A stretch of 64,000 nucleotides of DNA from Macrostomum lignano (taxonomy: Eukaryota): the NCBI GenBank assembly GCA_002269645.1, contig NIVC01003059.1, positions 8,500 to 72,499 on the forward strand. The letters run 5' to 3'. The notes under the pieces were generated by a model that ran no database searches, was not told the origin of the DNA, and was given only the letters and a program-made list of their open reading frames with translations. Position numbers and translations under genes: made by a program. This document shows, piece by piece, positions 1-10,300 of this stretch (its first letter is position 1; the number at the start of each line of letters is the position of its first letter).

Positions 1-212
1 GGTTGACTTTGACTTGACTGCAAATCACCACTATAGTTCACTATATACTACGAGTACGAGCGCGGTAAATCCGTCCGCATTACTAATTATATATTACAAT
101 AATTAGAGTATAGACGAGAGGCGGCCCACACAATTGATCCGTACCGTATGGTCCGTATATACATGTAGCTGCAGGTTCAGGTTAATTATGAGCTCAGCTC
201 CTATCAGCCAGT

Positions 213-331
213 GGCAACGGCCATACCACGTTGAAAACACCGGTTCTCGTCTGATCACCGAAGTTAAGCAACGTTGGGTTTGGTTAGTACTTGGATGGGT
301 GACCGCCTGGGAATACCAAATGCTGTTGTCT
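213..331 (+). rRNA. 5S rRNA: 5S rRNA copy 1
   Basis: Matches reference copy. Confidence 0.97.
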
Positions 332-907
332 TTTTTGCCTCTTTAACTGCATGCCGCGCGCTCATCAACTAACTCCAGCTGCTGCATGCATTAATACTTA
401 GGCCCAGGCCCACTAATCCGCCCGCGCCCGCCAACTGGATTGGATGCTGCTTGAATTTTTACCATACGGGCATACGGCATAGGTGTCTGCTGATTCCTTC
501 CTTTCGAGTTCCACTCCACTCTATCAAGTCAAGGGATTCGATTCGCGTTTCATATTTTGTATGCGCACTTTGCATTTGCACGCGGTAACGCTAATGCACT
601 TATGCACTGTGTATTAATAGTTTTACGAGTATCTCCATTTCTCACATGGGAATTTTACTTGATTTATAGCCATCAATCAATCAACTAGGAGGCGCGTTTG
701 TGTGCACACTTTCTAAACATGTCGGCTAAAAGAAAGAAAGAAACTTTTTCGCGCAGCTCTTTTCAAGCTCTAGTGCAAAATAATGCTGCACTAGTCGGCA
801 AAACTTACTTGGAGTAGATAAAGTTCAACAAAATATTTGCCCCTAGGGCTCGAGGCTCAAACGGAGAGCTGTGCACTCAGTGAGAGCCGGTTCCAGCTCG
901 TCTCTTT

Positions 908-1017
908 GCCGTATCGACGGTCTCTTACTGCGAAGACTCTTAATTTTGCATGGTAAGACACCGCGTGGATCCAATTGAGCGATCTACTCAATTTTGACAA
1001 GCCGCGCTACCGCGGCT
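908..1017 (+). ncRNA. SL RNA copy 1 (Sm site reads AATTTTG, one T fewer)
   Basis: Otherwise matches reference; lies in a noisy region. Confidence 0.85.
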
Positions 1018-1861
1018 GCCTAACAAAGCTAAAGACAACATCAATTAATTATAGTTGGTTGATTGTAATTCTGGATTTAGCGTGTCCTACTAATTATTTT
1101 AAACTAAATATTCTATTTACCCGCAAGTTGTAAATTAGTTGTTGCACCATTATAGCATAGCATGATATAGCGCGCATATGCATCGCGGTGTACAGAGGCT
1201 ATACTAGGCTATACTAGATCTCTTCGAGTTGCAATAATCAAATGTAATTTCTTAGATCGCTCTATGCGTGCGGATGTGCATATGTACATGTACAACTTTG
1301 TTGATGGCGCCAACAATGAATTATACTCAGCAACATTGAAAAGTCGCCATCACAGAAGATTCCGTCTGTGGTCGCCACTTTTGAGAGAGTGCAGGTAAAG
1401 TCTCTCTCAATATTTGCGAGCGACGCAACTCAGCTACGCCACGGCAGACTTGAGTTGAGGAATGGAGTGGGGGAGCGGTTGCGAGGTTTGGACGGATCAA
1501 AGCTACCCCGATCAGTTTTTCTGGCATCTTTTATTTAATTCAGAATAGTCCAAGACAAATTGATCACTGGCGCATAGAGTGGCGACTTTTCAATGTTGCT
1601 GAGTATACAGAGTCAAGCTGGACTGTACGCGTTACTGTTTGCGTTGAGCTAGTTAGGTTGACTTTGACTTGACTGCAAATCACCACTATAGTTCACTATA
1701 TACTACGAGCGCGGTAAATCCGTCCGCATTACTAATTATATATTACAATAATTAGAGTATAGACGAGAGGCGGCCCACACAATTGATCCGTACCGTATGG
1801 TCCGTATATACATGTAGCTGCAGGTTCAGGTTAATTATGAGCTCAGCTCCTATCAGCCAGT

Positions 1862-1980
1862 GGCAACGGCCATACCACGTTGAAAACACCGGTTCTCGTC
1901 TGATCACCGAAGTTAAGCAACGTTGGGTTTGGTTAGTACTTGGATGGGTGACCGCCTGGGAATACCAAATGCTGTTGTCT
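1862..1980 (+). rRNA. 5S rRNA: 5S rRNA copy 2
   Basis: Matches reference copy. Confidence 0.97.
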
Positions 1981-2554
1981 TTTTTGCCTCTTTAACTGCA
2001 TGCCGCGCGCTCATCAACTAACTCCAGCTGCTGCATGCATTAATACTTAGGCCCAGGCCCACTAATCCGCCCGCCCGCCAACTGGATTGGATGCTGCTTG
2101 AATTTTTACCATACGGGCATACGGCATAGGTGTCTGCTGATTCCTTCCTTTCGAGTTCCACTCCACTCTATCAAGTCAAGGGATTCGATTCGCGTTTCAT
2201 ATTTTGTATGCGCACTTTGCATTTGCACGCGGTAACGCTAATGCACTTATGCACTGTGTATTAATAGTTTTACGAGTATCTCCATTTCTCACATGGGAAT
2301 TTTACTTGATTTATAGCCATCAATCAATCAACTAGGAGGCGCGTTTGTGTGCACACTTTCTAAACATGTCGGCTAAAAGAAAGAAAGAAACTTTTTCGCG
2401 CAGCTCTTTTCAAGCTCTAGTGCAAAATAATGCTGCACTAGTCGGCAAAACTTACTTGGAGTAGATAAAGTTCAACAAAATAATTTGCCCTAGGGCTCGA
2501 GGCTCAAACGGAGAGCTGTGCACTCAGTGAGAGCCGGTTCCAGCTCGTCTCTTT

Positions 2555-2663
2555 GCCGTATCGACGGTCTCTTACTGCGAAGACTCTTAATTTTGCATGG
2601 TAAGACACCGCGTGGATCCAATTGAGCGATCTACTCAATTTTTGACAAGCCGCGCTAGCGGCT
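2555..2663 (+). ncRNA. SL RNA copy 2 (2-bp loss in terminal hairpin)
   Basis: Otherwise matches reference; lies in a noisy region. Confidence 0.85.
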
Positions 2664-3477
2664 GCCTAACAAAGCTAAAGACAACATCAATTAATTATAG
2701 TTGGTTGATTGTAATTCTGGATTTAGCGTGTCCTACTAATTATTTTAAACTAAATATTCTATTTACCCGCAAGTTGTAAATTAGTTGTTGCACCATTATA
2801 GCATAGCATGATATAGCGCGCATATGCATCGCGGTGTACAGAGGCTATACTAGGCTATACTAGATCTCTTCGAGTTGCAATAATCAAATGTAATTTCTTA
2901 GATCGCTCTATGCGTGCGGATGTGCATATGTATATGTACAACTTTGTTGATGGCGCCAACAATGAATTATACTCAGCAACATTGAAAAGTCGCCATCACA
3001 GAAGATTCCGTCTGTGGTCGCCACTTTTGAGAGAGTGCAGGTAAAGTCTCTCTCAATATTTTGCGAGCGACGACCAACTCAGCTACGCCACGGCAGACTT
3101 GAGTTGAGGAATGGAGTGGGGGAGCGTGTGCGAGGTTTGGACGGATCAAAGCTACCCCGATCAGTTTTTCTGGCATCTTTTATTTCAGAATAGTCCAGAC
3201 AAATTGATCACTGGCGCATAGAGTGCGACTTTCAATGTTGCTGAGTATACAGAGTCAAGCTGGACTGTACGCGTTACTGTTTGCGTTGAGCTAGTTAGGT
3301 TGACTTTGACTTGACTGCAAATCACCACTATAGTTCATATATACTACGAGTACTGCGCGCGTAAATCCGTCCGCATTACTAATATATATTACAATAATTA
3401 GAGTATAGACGAGAGGCGGCCCACACAATTGATCCGTACCGTATGGTCCGTATATACATGTAGCTGCAGGTTCAGGT

Positions 3478-3484
3478 TAATTAT
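3478..3484 (+). promoter_or_regulatory. TATA-like element at -30 of 5S
   Basis: TAATTAT at -30 to -24, a position where upstream AT-rich elements are known for many 5S genes. Function is not shown. Confidence 0.35.
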
Positions 3485-3507
3485 GAGCTCAGCTCCTATC
3501 AGCCAGT

Positions 3508-3626
3508 GGCAACGGCCATACCACGTTGAAAACACCGGTTCTCGTCTGATCACCGAAGTTAAGCAACGTTGGGTTTGGTTAGTACTTGGATGGGTGACCG
3601 CCTGGGAATACCAAATGCTGTTGTCT
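3508..3626 (+). rRNA. 5S rRNA: 5S rRNA, copy 3 (reference copy)
   Basis: 119 nt GGCAACGGCCATACCACGTTGAAAACACCGGTTCTCGTCTGATCACCGAAGTTAAGCAACGTTGGGTTTGGTTAGTACTTGGATGGGTGACCGCCTGGGAATACCAAATGCTGTTGTCT, a typical metazoan 5S. 5' GGCAAC pairs with 3' GTTGTC, and a T6 run follows. Confidence 0.99.
3557..3602 (+). promoter_or_regulatory. 5S internal control region (box A, box C), reference copy
   Basis: AGTTAAGC at +50 and TGGATGGGTGACCGCC at +80, the established positions of the Pol III type 1 promoter. Confidence 0.85.
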
Positions 3627-3631
3627 TTTTT
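3626..3631 (+). terminator. Pol III terminator T6 after 5S (every unit except copy 11)
   Basis: TTTTTT directly after GTTGTC. Confidence 0.9.
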
Positions 3632-4202
3632 GCCTCTTTAACTGCATGCCGCGCGCTCATCAACTAACTCCAGCTGCTGCATGCATTAATACTTAGGCCC
3701 AGGCCCACTAATCCGCCCGCGCCCGCCAACTGGATTGGATGCTGCTTGAATTTTTACCATACGGGCATACGGCATAGGTGTCTGCTGATTCCTTCCTTTC
3801 GAGTTCCACTCCACTCTATCAAGTCAAGGGATTCGATTCGCGTTTCATATTTTGTATGCGCACTTTGCATTTGCACGCGGTAACGCTAATGCACTTATGC
3901 ACTGTGTATTAATAGTTTTACGAGTATCTCCATTTCTCACATGGGAATTTTACTTGATTTATAGCCATCAATCAATCAACTAGGAGGCGCGTTTGTGTGC
4001 ACACTTTCTAAACATGTCGGCTAAAAGAAAGAAAGAAACTTTTTCGCGCAGCTCTTTTCAAGCTCTAGTGCAAAATAATGCTGCACTAGTCGGCAAAACT
4101 TACTTGGAGTAGATAAAGTTCAACAAAATAATTTGCCCTAGGGCTCGAGGCTCAAACGGAGAGCTGTGCACTCAGTGAGAGCCGGTTCCAGCTCGTCTCT
4201 TT

Positions 4203-4313
4203 GCCGTATCGACGGTCTCTTACTGCGAAGACTCTTAATTTTGCATGGTAAGACACCGCGTGGATCCAATTGAGCGATCTACTCAATTTTTGACAAGCCG
4301 CGCTACCGCGGCT
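4203..4313 (+). ncRNA. Spliced-leader (SL) RNA, copy 3 (reference copy)
   Basis: 45-nt leader exon GCCGTATCGACGGTCTCTTACTGCGAAGACTCTTAATTTTGCATG (4203-4247) ending in ATG. Donor GTAAGA at 4248 is complementary to TCTTAC in the exon. 5' hairpin GCCGT/ACGGT; stem AATTGAG/CTCAATT; Sm site AATTTTTG (4285-4292); terminal 7-bp stem AGCCGCG-CTAC-CGCGGCT (4296-4313). This is the flatworm SL architecture. The exact 5' and 3' ends are inferred. Confidence 0.93.
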
Positions 4314-4617
4314 GCCTAACAAAGCTAAAGACAACATCAATTAATTATAGTTGGTTGATTGTAATTCTGGATTTAGCGTGTCCTACTAATTATTTTAAAC
4401 TAAATATTCTATTTACCCGCAAGTTGTAAATTAGTTGTTGCACCATTATAGCATAGCATGATATAGCGCGCATATGCATCGCGGTGTACAGAGGCTATAC
4501 TAGGCTATACTAGATCTCTTCGAGTTGCAATAATCAAATGTAATTTCTTAGATCGCTCTATGCGTGCGGATGTGCATATGTACATGTACAACTTTGTTGA
4601 TGGCGCCAACAATGAAT

Positions 4618-4900
4618 TATACTCAGCAACATTGAAAAGTCGCCATCACAGAAGATTCCGTCTGTGGTCGCCACTTTTGAGAGAGTGCAGGTAAAGTCTC
4701 TCTCAATATTTGCGAGCGACGCAACTCAGCTACGCCACGGCAGACTTGAGTTGAGGAATGGAGTGGGGGAGCGGTGTGCGAGGTTTGGACGGATCAAAGC
4801 TACCCCGATCAGTTTTTCTGGCATCTTTTATTTCAGAATAGTCCAAGACAAATTGATCACTGGCGCATAGAGTGGCGACTTTTCAATGTTGCTGAGTATA
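4618..4900. mobile_element. MITE-like element present in every repeat unit (reference copy; 31 copies, e.g. 1322-1607, 29413-29695)
   Basis: Perfect 28-bp inverted repeat TATACTCAGCAACATTGAAAAGTCGCCA (4618-4645) / TGGCGACTTTTCAATGTTGCTGAGTATA (4873-4900). The ends are compatible with a TA target duplication (Tc1/mariner-like). No coding capacity. Confidence 0.75.
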
Positions 4901-5154
4901 CAGAGTCAAGCTGGACTGTACGCGTTACTGTTTGCGTTGAGCTAGTTAGGTTGACTTTGACTTGACTGCAAATCACCACTATAGTTCACTATATACTACG
5001 AGCGCGGTAAATCCGTCCGCATTACTAATTATATATTACAATAATTAGAGTATAGACGAGAGGCGGCCCACACAATTGATCCGTACCGTATGGTCCGTAT
5101 ATACATGTAGCTGCAGGTTCAGGTTAATTATGAGCTCAGCTCCTATCAGCCAGT

Positions 5155-5273
5155 GGCAACGGCCATACCACGTTGAAAACACCGGTTCTCGTCTGATCAC
5201 CGAAGTTAAGCAACGTTGGGTTTGGTTAGTACTTGGATGGGTGACCGCCTGGGAATACCAAATGCTGTTGTCT
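5155..5273 (+). rRNA. 5S rRNA: 5S rRNA copy 4
   Basis: Matches reference copy. Confidence 0.97.
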
Positions 5274-5849
5274 TTTTTGCCTCTTTAACTGCATGCCGCG
5301 CGCTCATCAACTAACTCCAGCTGCTGCATGCATTAATACTTAGGCCCAGGCCCACTAATCCGCCCGCGCCCGCCAACTGGATTGGATGCTGCTTGAATTT
5401 TTACCATACGGGCATACGGCATAGGTGTCTGCTGATTCCTTCCTTTCGAGTTCCACTCCACTCTATCAAGTCAAGGGATTCGATTCGCGTTTCATATTTT
5501 GTATGCGCACTTTGCATTTGCACGCGGTAACGCTAATGCACTTATGCACTGTGTATTAATAGTTTTACGAGTATCTCCATTTCTCACATGGGAATTTTAC
5601 TTGATTTATAGCCATCAATCAATCAACTAGGAGGCGCGTTTGTGTGCACACTTTCTAAACATGTCGGCTAAAAGAAAGAAAGAAACTTTTTCGCGCAGCT
5701 CTTTTCAAGCTCTAGTGCAAAATAATGCTGCACTAGTCGGCAAAACTTACTTGGAGTAGATAAAGTTCAACAAAATAATTTGCCCTAGGGCTCGAGGCTC
5801 AAACGGAGAGCTGTGCACTCAGTGAGAGCCGGTTCCAGCTCGTCTCTTT

Positions 5850-5960
5850 GCCGTATCGACGGTCTCTTACTGCGAAGACTCTTAATTTTGCATGGTAAGA
5901 CACCGCGTGGATCCAATTGAGCGATCTACTCAATTTTTGACAAGCCGCGCTACCGCGGCT
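5850..5960 (+). ncRNA. SL RNA copy 4
   Basis: Matches reference; overlapping minus-strand ORF translation identical. Confidence 0.9.
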
Positions 5961-6801
5961 GCCTAACAAAGCTAAAGACAACATCAATTAATTATAGTTG
6001 GTTGATTGTAATTCTGGATTTAGCGTGTCCTACTAATTATTTTAAACTAAATATTCTATTTACCCGCAAGTTGTAAATTAGTTGTTGCACCATTATAGCA
6101 TAGCATGATATAGCGCGCATATGCATCGCGGTGTACAGAGGCTATACTAGGCTATACTAGATCTCTTCGAGTTGCAATAATCAAATGTAATTTCTTAGAT
6201 CGCTCTATGCGTGCGGATGTGCATATGTACATGTACAACTTTGTTGATGGCGCCAACAATGAATTATACTCAGCAACATTGAAAAGTCGCCATCACAGAA
6301 GATTCCGTCTGTGGTCGCCACTTTTGAGAGAGTGCAGGTAAAGTCTCTCTCAATATTTGCGAGCGACGCAACTCAGCTACGCCACGGCAGACTTGAGTTG
6401 AGGAATGGAGTGGGGGAGCGGTGTGCGAGGTTTGGACGGATCAAAGCTACCCCGATCAGTTTTTCTGGCATCTTTTATTTCAGAATAGTCCAAGACAAAT
6501 TGATCACTGGCGCATAGAGTGGCGACTTTTCAATGTTGCTGAGTATACAGAGTCAAGCTGGACTGTACGCGTTACTGTTTGCGTTGAGCTAGTTAGGTTG
6601 ACTTTGACTTGACTGCAAATCACCACTATAGTTCACTATATACTACGAGCGCGGTAAATCCGTCCGCATTACTAATTATATATTACAATAATTAGAGTAT
6701 AGACGAGAGGCGGCCCACACAATTGATCCGTACCGTATGGTCCGTATATACATGTAGCTGCAGGTTCAGGTTAATTATGAGCTCAGCTCCTATCAGCCAG
6801 T

Positions 6802-6919
6802 GGCAACGGCCATACCACGTTGAAAACACCGGTTCTCGTCTGATCACCGAAGTTAAGCAACGTTGGTTTGGTTAGTACTTGGATGGGTGACCGCCTGGGA
6901 ATACCAAATGCTGTTGTCT
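6802..6919 (+). rRNA. 5S rRNA: 5S rRNA copy 5 (one G missing in GGG; real or sequencing error)
   Basis: CGTTGGTTTGG versus CGTTGGGTTTGG; lies directly upstream of the LTR insertion. Confidence 0.9.
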
Positions 6920-6967
6920 TTTTTGCCTCTTTAACTGCATGCCGCGCGCTCATCAACTAACTCCAGC

Positions 6968-7253
6968 TGTTTGGGAGGTAGATTAGTAGCATTGATTTTC
7001 TTTCCAATTCCACTGCGTGATTTAATGTACGTGTTTATTATTCAATTTTCTATGTACGCTGATTTAGCCCAGGCCCATCTCACCCACCCCCCTCCACGCT
7101 GGCTGATTCTGACTGACTGCAATAAATATATCATCGAGAGGGCTTATTAGCCCTGTGTACGGTTTACGCTTTTCGTTTTGTTAGCGTCTCGCTTGAGCCT
7201 CAGCTCCAAAATAGTTATTGGCGGACCATCGGTCTTTTCATTTCTATAGTACA
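6968..7253 (+). repeat. 5' LTR (286 bp)
   Basis: TGTTTGGGAGG...CTATAGTACA; AATAAA at 7121-7126. Confidence 0.96.
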
Positions 7254-7256
7254 TTT

Positions 7257-7274
7257 TGGTAGCAGAGCGTGGTT
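7257..7274 (+). other. Primer-binding site, tRNA-iMet type
   Basis: TGGTAGCAGAGCGTGGTT, 3 nt after the LTR. The reverse complement AACCACGCTCTGCTACCA fits the 3' end of metazoan initiator tRNA-Met (...CTCTGCTACCA). Confidence 0.8.
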
Positions 7275-7339
7275 GGACAAGCCTAACTTACCACTGACGT
7301 GGCAAGCAATAGAACCCTACTGTGAAACGAAGGACCAGG

Positions 7340-10300
7340 ATGGACAGTGACGACGCCAATGAGCAGCAGCAGCAGGAAGCCCAAGACGATGCCGGCGCCC
7401 TACGTTTAGAGAAGCTGCGCTTCGAGAAATCCCGAAAAAAAGCAGCGTTCACTCGTTGCAAAAACAAGCTGTCTTGGCTGTTAAAGACGCACGCCTCTGA
7501 TGACGAAGTGCAAGTTGCCTGTGACGCTCTGTCAGACCTGCAAGATCTGGTCAGCGCCATCCAGGAAGAACTGCATGAAGGCTACGCCGACGCCAAGGAC
7601 AACGAGAGGCGACAGCGCCTACTAGACGAAATGGAGGAGACGGAGCGCGACTACCAAGCTGCCATGCAGCGCGTCGAAAGCGCCAGAAACCGGAGATTGC
7701 AGCGCGCCAAAGAAGCTCCTCCTGCCGCGAGCTCAAGCGGTGAGAACGCTGCGGGTGACCAAGAAGAAGCAGCTGGTGAGTTACACAAACTTTCTGGCAG
7801 TGCTGCGTCCAGCAAAGGATCCAACCCGAAGGAGCTTTCAAAGGATTTGTGGAAGATGCTGAAGCGTGTTGAAATCCCAACGTTTAGTGGAGAAAAGCAG
7901 AAGTATGAAAACTGGAAGGCAGCCTTTGTTGCGTGCATCGACAGCGCCCCTGCAACACCAGAATTCAAGTTGCTGCAGCTTAGGCAGTACCTCAGCGGTG
8001 AAGCTTTGAAGGTTATAGAACATCTAGGACACTCTGCTGCGGCATATGAAGCTGCAAAAGAGAGATTAGAGAGAGAATTTGGTGGACAGCGTAGGCAACT
8101 TGCTCTGCACTTGGAAGAGCTGGACAGCTTCCCGATCGTGCGAAATGGAAACGCCAAGGATCTGAAAAGCTTTGCTAATCTACTGGATGTGGCTGTCGTT
8201 AACCTTGAGGATGCGGGTAAAGAGGCAGAGCTTCAAGATGGGATGTTGTATGTGAGGCTGCAGAAAAAGTTGCCTGAGCAGATGGTTGCCAGCTACCGGA
8301 GGTGGATCTTTGAGCAGCGGAAGCCGGAGAGTGTTAGAAATCTGAGAATTTGGGTGCTGCAAGAAGCAGAGTTTCAGACTGAAGCGTCAGAGATTGTGCA
8401 GGGCGTTGCCACCATGCAGCAGGAGCGTCAAAAGCGAGAGCAGCGACCAAAGACTTTCGTTACTACGGACAGTGACAAGAAGGTACAGCGAAAGATTTGC
8501 ATTGTTTGTCAAGGTGATCACGAGCTGTGGTCCTGCAGTGAGTTCAAGGAGCTTCCGGTGGAAAAACGCTGGGACGCGGCGCAGAGCTCGAAGTGTTGTT
8601 TCCGGTGCTTGGGCCAAGGACATCTTGGTAGCCAATGTCGGCGTGGTCGTCGGTGCGGCATCAGCAGCTGCACAAAGTTCCATCATCGCCTGCTTCATGC
8701 AGAAAAAGTGTTGGCCAAGTCTGGTGAAGCGAAGCAGACTGCATCCAAGGACGCTAAATCCGCTTCCAGTTCAGGAAAGACTGGACCGGTGACGCTTCTG
8801 TCGGCTGGTGAAACGGCAATCTCGCTACGAACGGTACCTGTAGTCCTACGGAACGGGTCCCGGAAGCTGAAGGTGAATGCCTTGCTCGACGATGCCAGTA
8901 CCAGGAGCTACGTCAACATCGGGATAGCAGAAGCGCTTGGAGTGCATGGAGCGCTCGAAAAGGTGAAAGTCGGAGTCATCAATGGCCAAACAGAGACCTT
9001 CATGACAGCCCCAGTCTGCTTTAGCTTGGAAAGTCTGGATGGTCAGACCAGCTCAATGATCGTCGCCTTCACCGCTGATCACGTGACTGGGTCCCTCAAA
9101 GGCGTCGACTGGCACGAAGAAGCGCAGCAGTGGCCTCATCTGAGAAATGTGCCGTTTCCGAAGCTGTGTGAGCCTGCAGTAGTGGACTTGCTGATTGGTG
9201 CTGATCACCCGGATCTTCACGTGTCTCTCAAAGAAATCGTCGGACAGCCGCTGGAGCCAAAGGCGCGCCTGACTCCCCTGGGTTGGACGTGCATCGGTCG
9301 CACAGAGCAGGACAATTCTGAGATGCAGAACGCCCATTTTGCTGCCACTTTCTTCAGCTGCGATTCCGAATCTGGTCAGGTGGCTAAGATCCTGCGGCAG
9401 TTTTGGGAGATCGAGAACGTCTCAGAAGGTGCCAATCGAAGTCCGCTGACCGCCGATGAGGAGAGAGCCGTCCAGCAAGCCAAGTCGTCGCTAAAGTACA
9501 CGAAGGGCCGTTACCAGATCGGGATTCCATGGAAAAAGGATCGGCTGGCTCCAGCAGGCACTTTCTCAATGGCCTTGAAGCGACTAAAGAACACCGAACA
9601 GCGGCTGATTAAGGATATGAACGTCTGCAAGCAGTATCAGGAGATCCTTGAAAAGTATGAACAGCAAGGTTATATCCGAAAAGTGTCGCAAGCTGAGACT
9701 GAAGGCCGCTGTTTCCTGCCGCACTTCCCAGTGCTGCGGCCAGACAAGGCTACGACAAAAGTGCGAATAGTCTTTGATGCATCGGCTGCCAGATTGAACG
9801 ACCAGATCCTCCAGGGCCCCAAACTGCAGAGGGATTTGGTTGACGTGCTGCTTCGGTTCCGCCGACACCCGATTGCGATCGCATGCGACGTAGCGGAAAT
9901 GTATCTCCAGATCGAGATGGACCCGAAGGACAGGCCGCTGCACAGTTTCCTTTGGCGGGACGCCGATCCTTCAAAGCAGCCGGATGTCTACGAGTTCAAC
10001 AGAGTGGTGTTCGGCGTCACCAGCTCTCCGTTCTTGGCACAGTTCGTTACCCGCTGCCATGCTGAAAAGTCAAAAGGTGAGCTTCCAGAGGCGGCCGAGA
10101 CAGTACTGCACTCTACCTATATGGATGACAGCCTGGACTCTGCGCCCACCGAGGCAGCCGCCTGCAGGCTGTACGATCAACTCAGTGAGCTCTGGAGGCG
10201 CGCCGGCATGCACGCGCGCAAGTGGGTCTCGAACTCGAGAGCTGTGCTCGATAGAATCCCACCTGAAGACCGTGCAGCAGAAGTTACCTTGGACAGCAAA

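Larger units (their letters stand above)
1..6967 (+). repeat. 1647-bp 5S rDNA/SL RNA tandem array, block 1
   Basis: The same ORF set recurs at 134, 1783, 3429, 5076 (period about 1647). Small indels occur in the first 3.4 kb. Confidence 0.98.

Noticed and set aside
134-346. Recurrent 60-80 aa ORFs (MIRTVW..., MMLSLA..., MVATFE..., MCEVWT...)
   Set aside because: They start at non-ATG codons, overlap the 5S, SL or MITE sequence and have no recognisable domain. Their recurrence only reflects the tandem repeat.
1-3430. Many scattered 1-2 bp indels in units 1-3 (including SL copies 1 and 2) and at about 63839-63885
   Set aside because: The pattern of homopolymer slips and dropped bases at the window edges looks like low-quality consensus rather than real divergence. 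It cannot be settled without reads.
3840-3854. GCGTTTCATATTTTG resembles the U6 snRNA 3' end
   Set aside because: Only about 13 of 15 nt match, with no ACAGAGA box or other U6 sequence upstream.
4203-4253. Searched for SL-targeting non-LTR elements (NeSL, CRE/SLACS type)
   Set aside because: All 32 SL genes are uninterrupted and no non-LTR RT or endonuclease ORF is present.
7067-7077. GCCCAGGCCCA shared between the LTR and the spacer about 23 bp beyond the insertion site (12048-12058)
   Set aside because: An 11-bp GC-rich match between a 286-bp LTR and a 1.6-kb unit is not unlikely by chance, and integrase-mediated insertion does not need homology.
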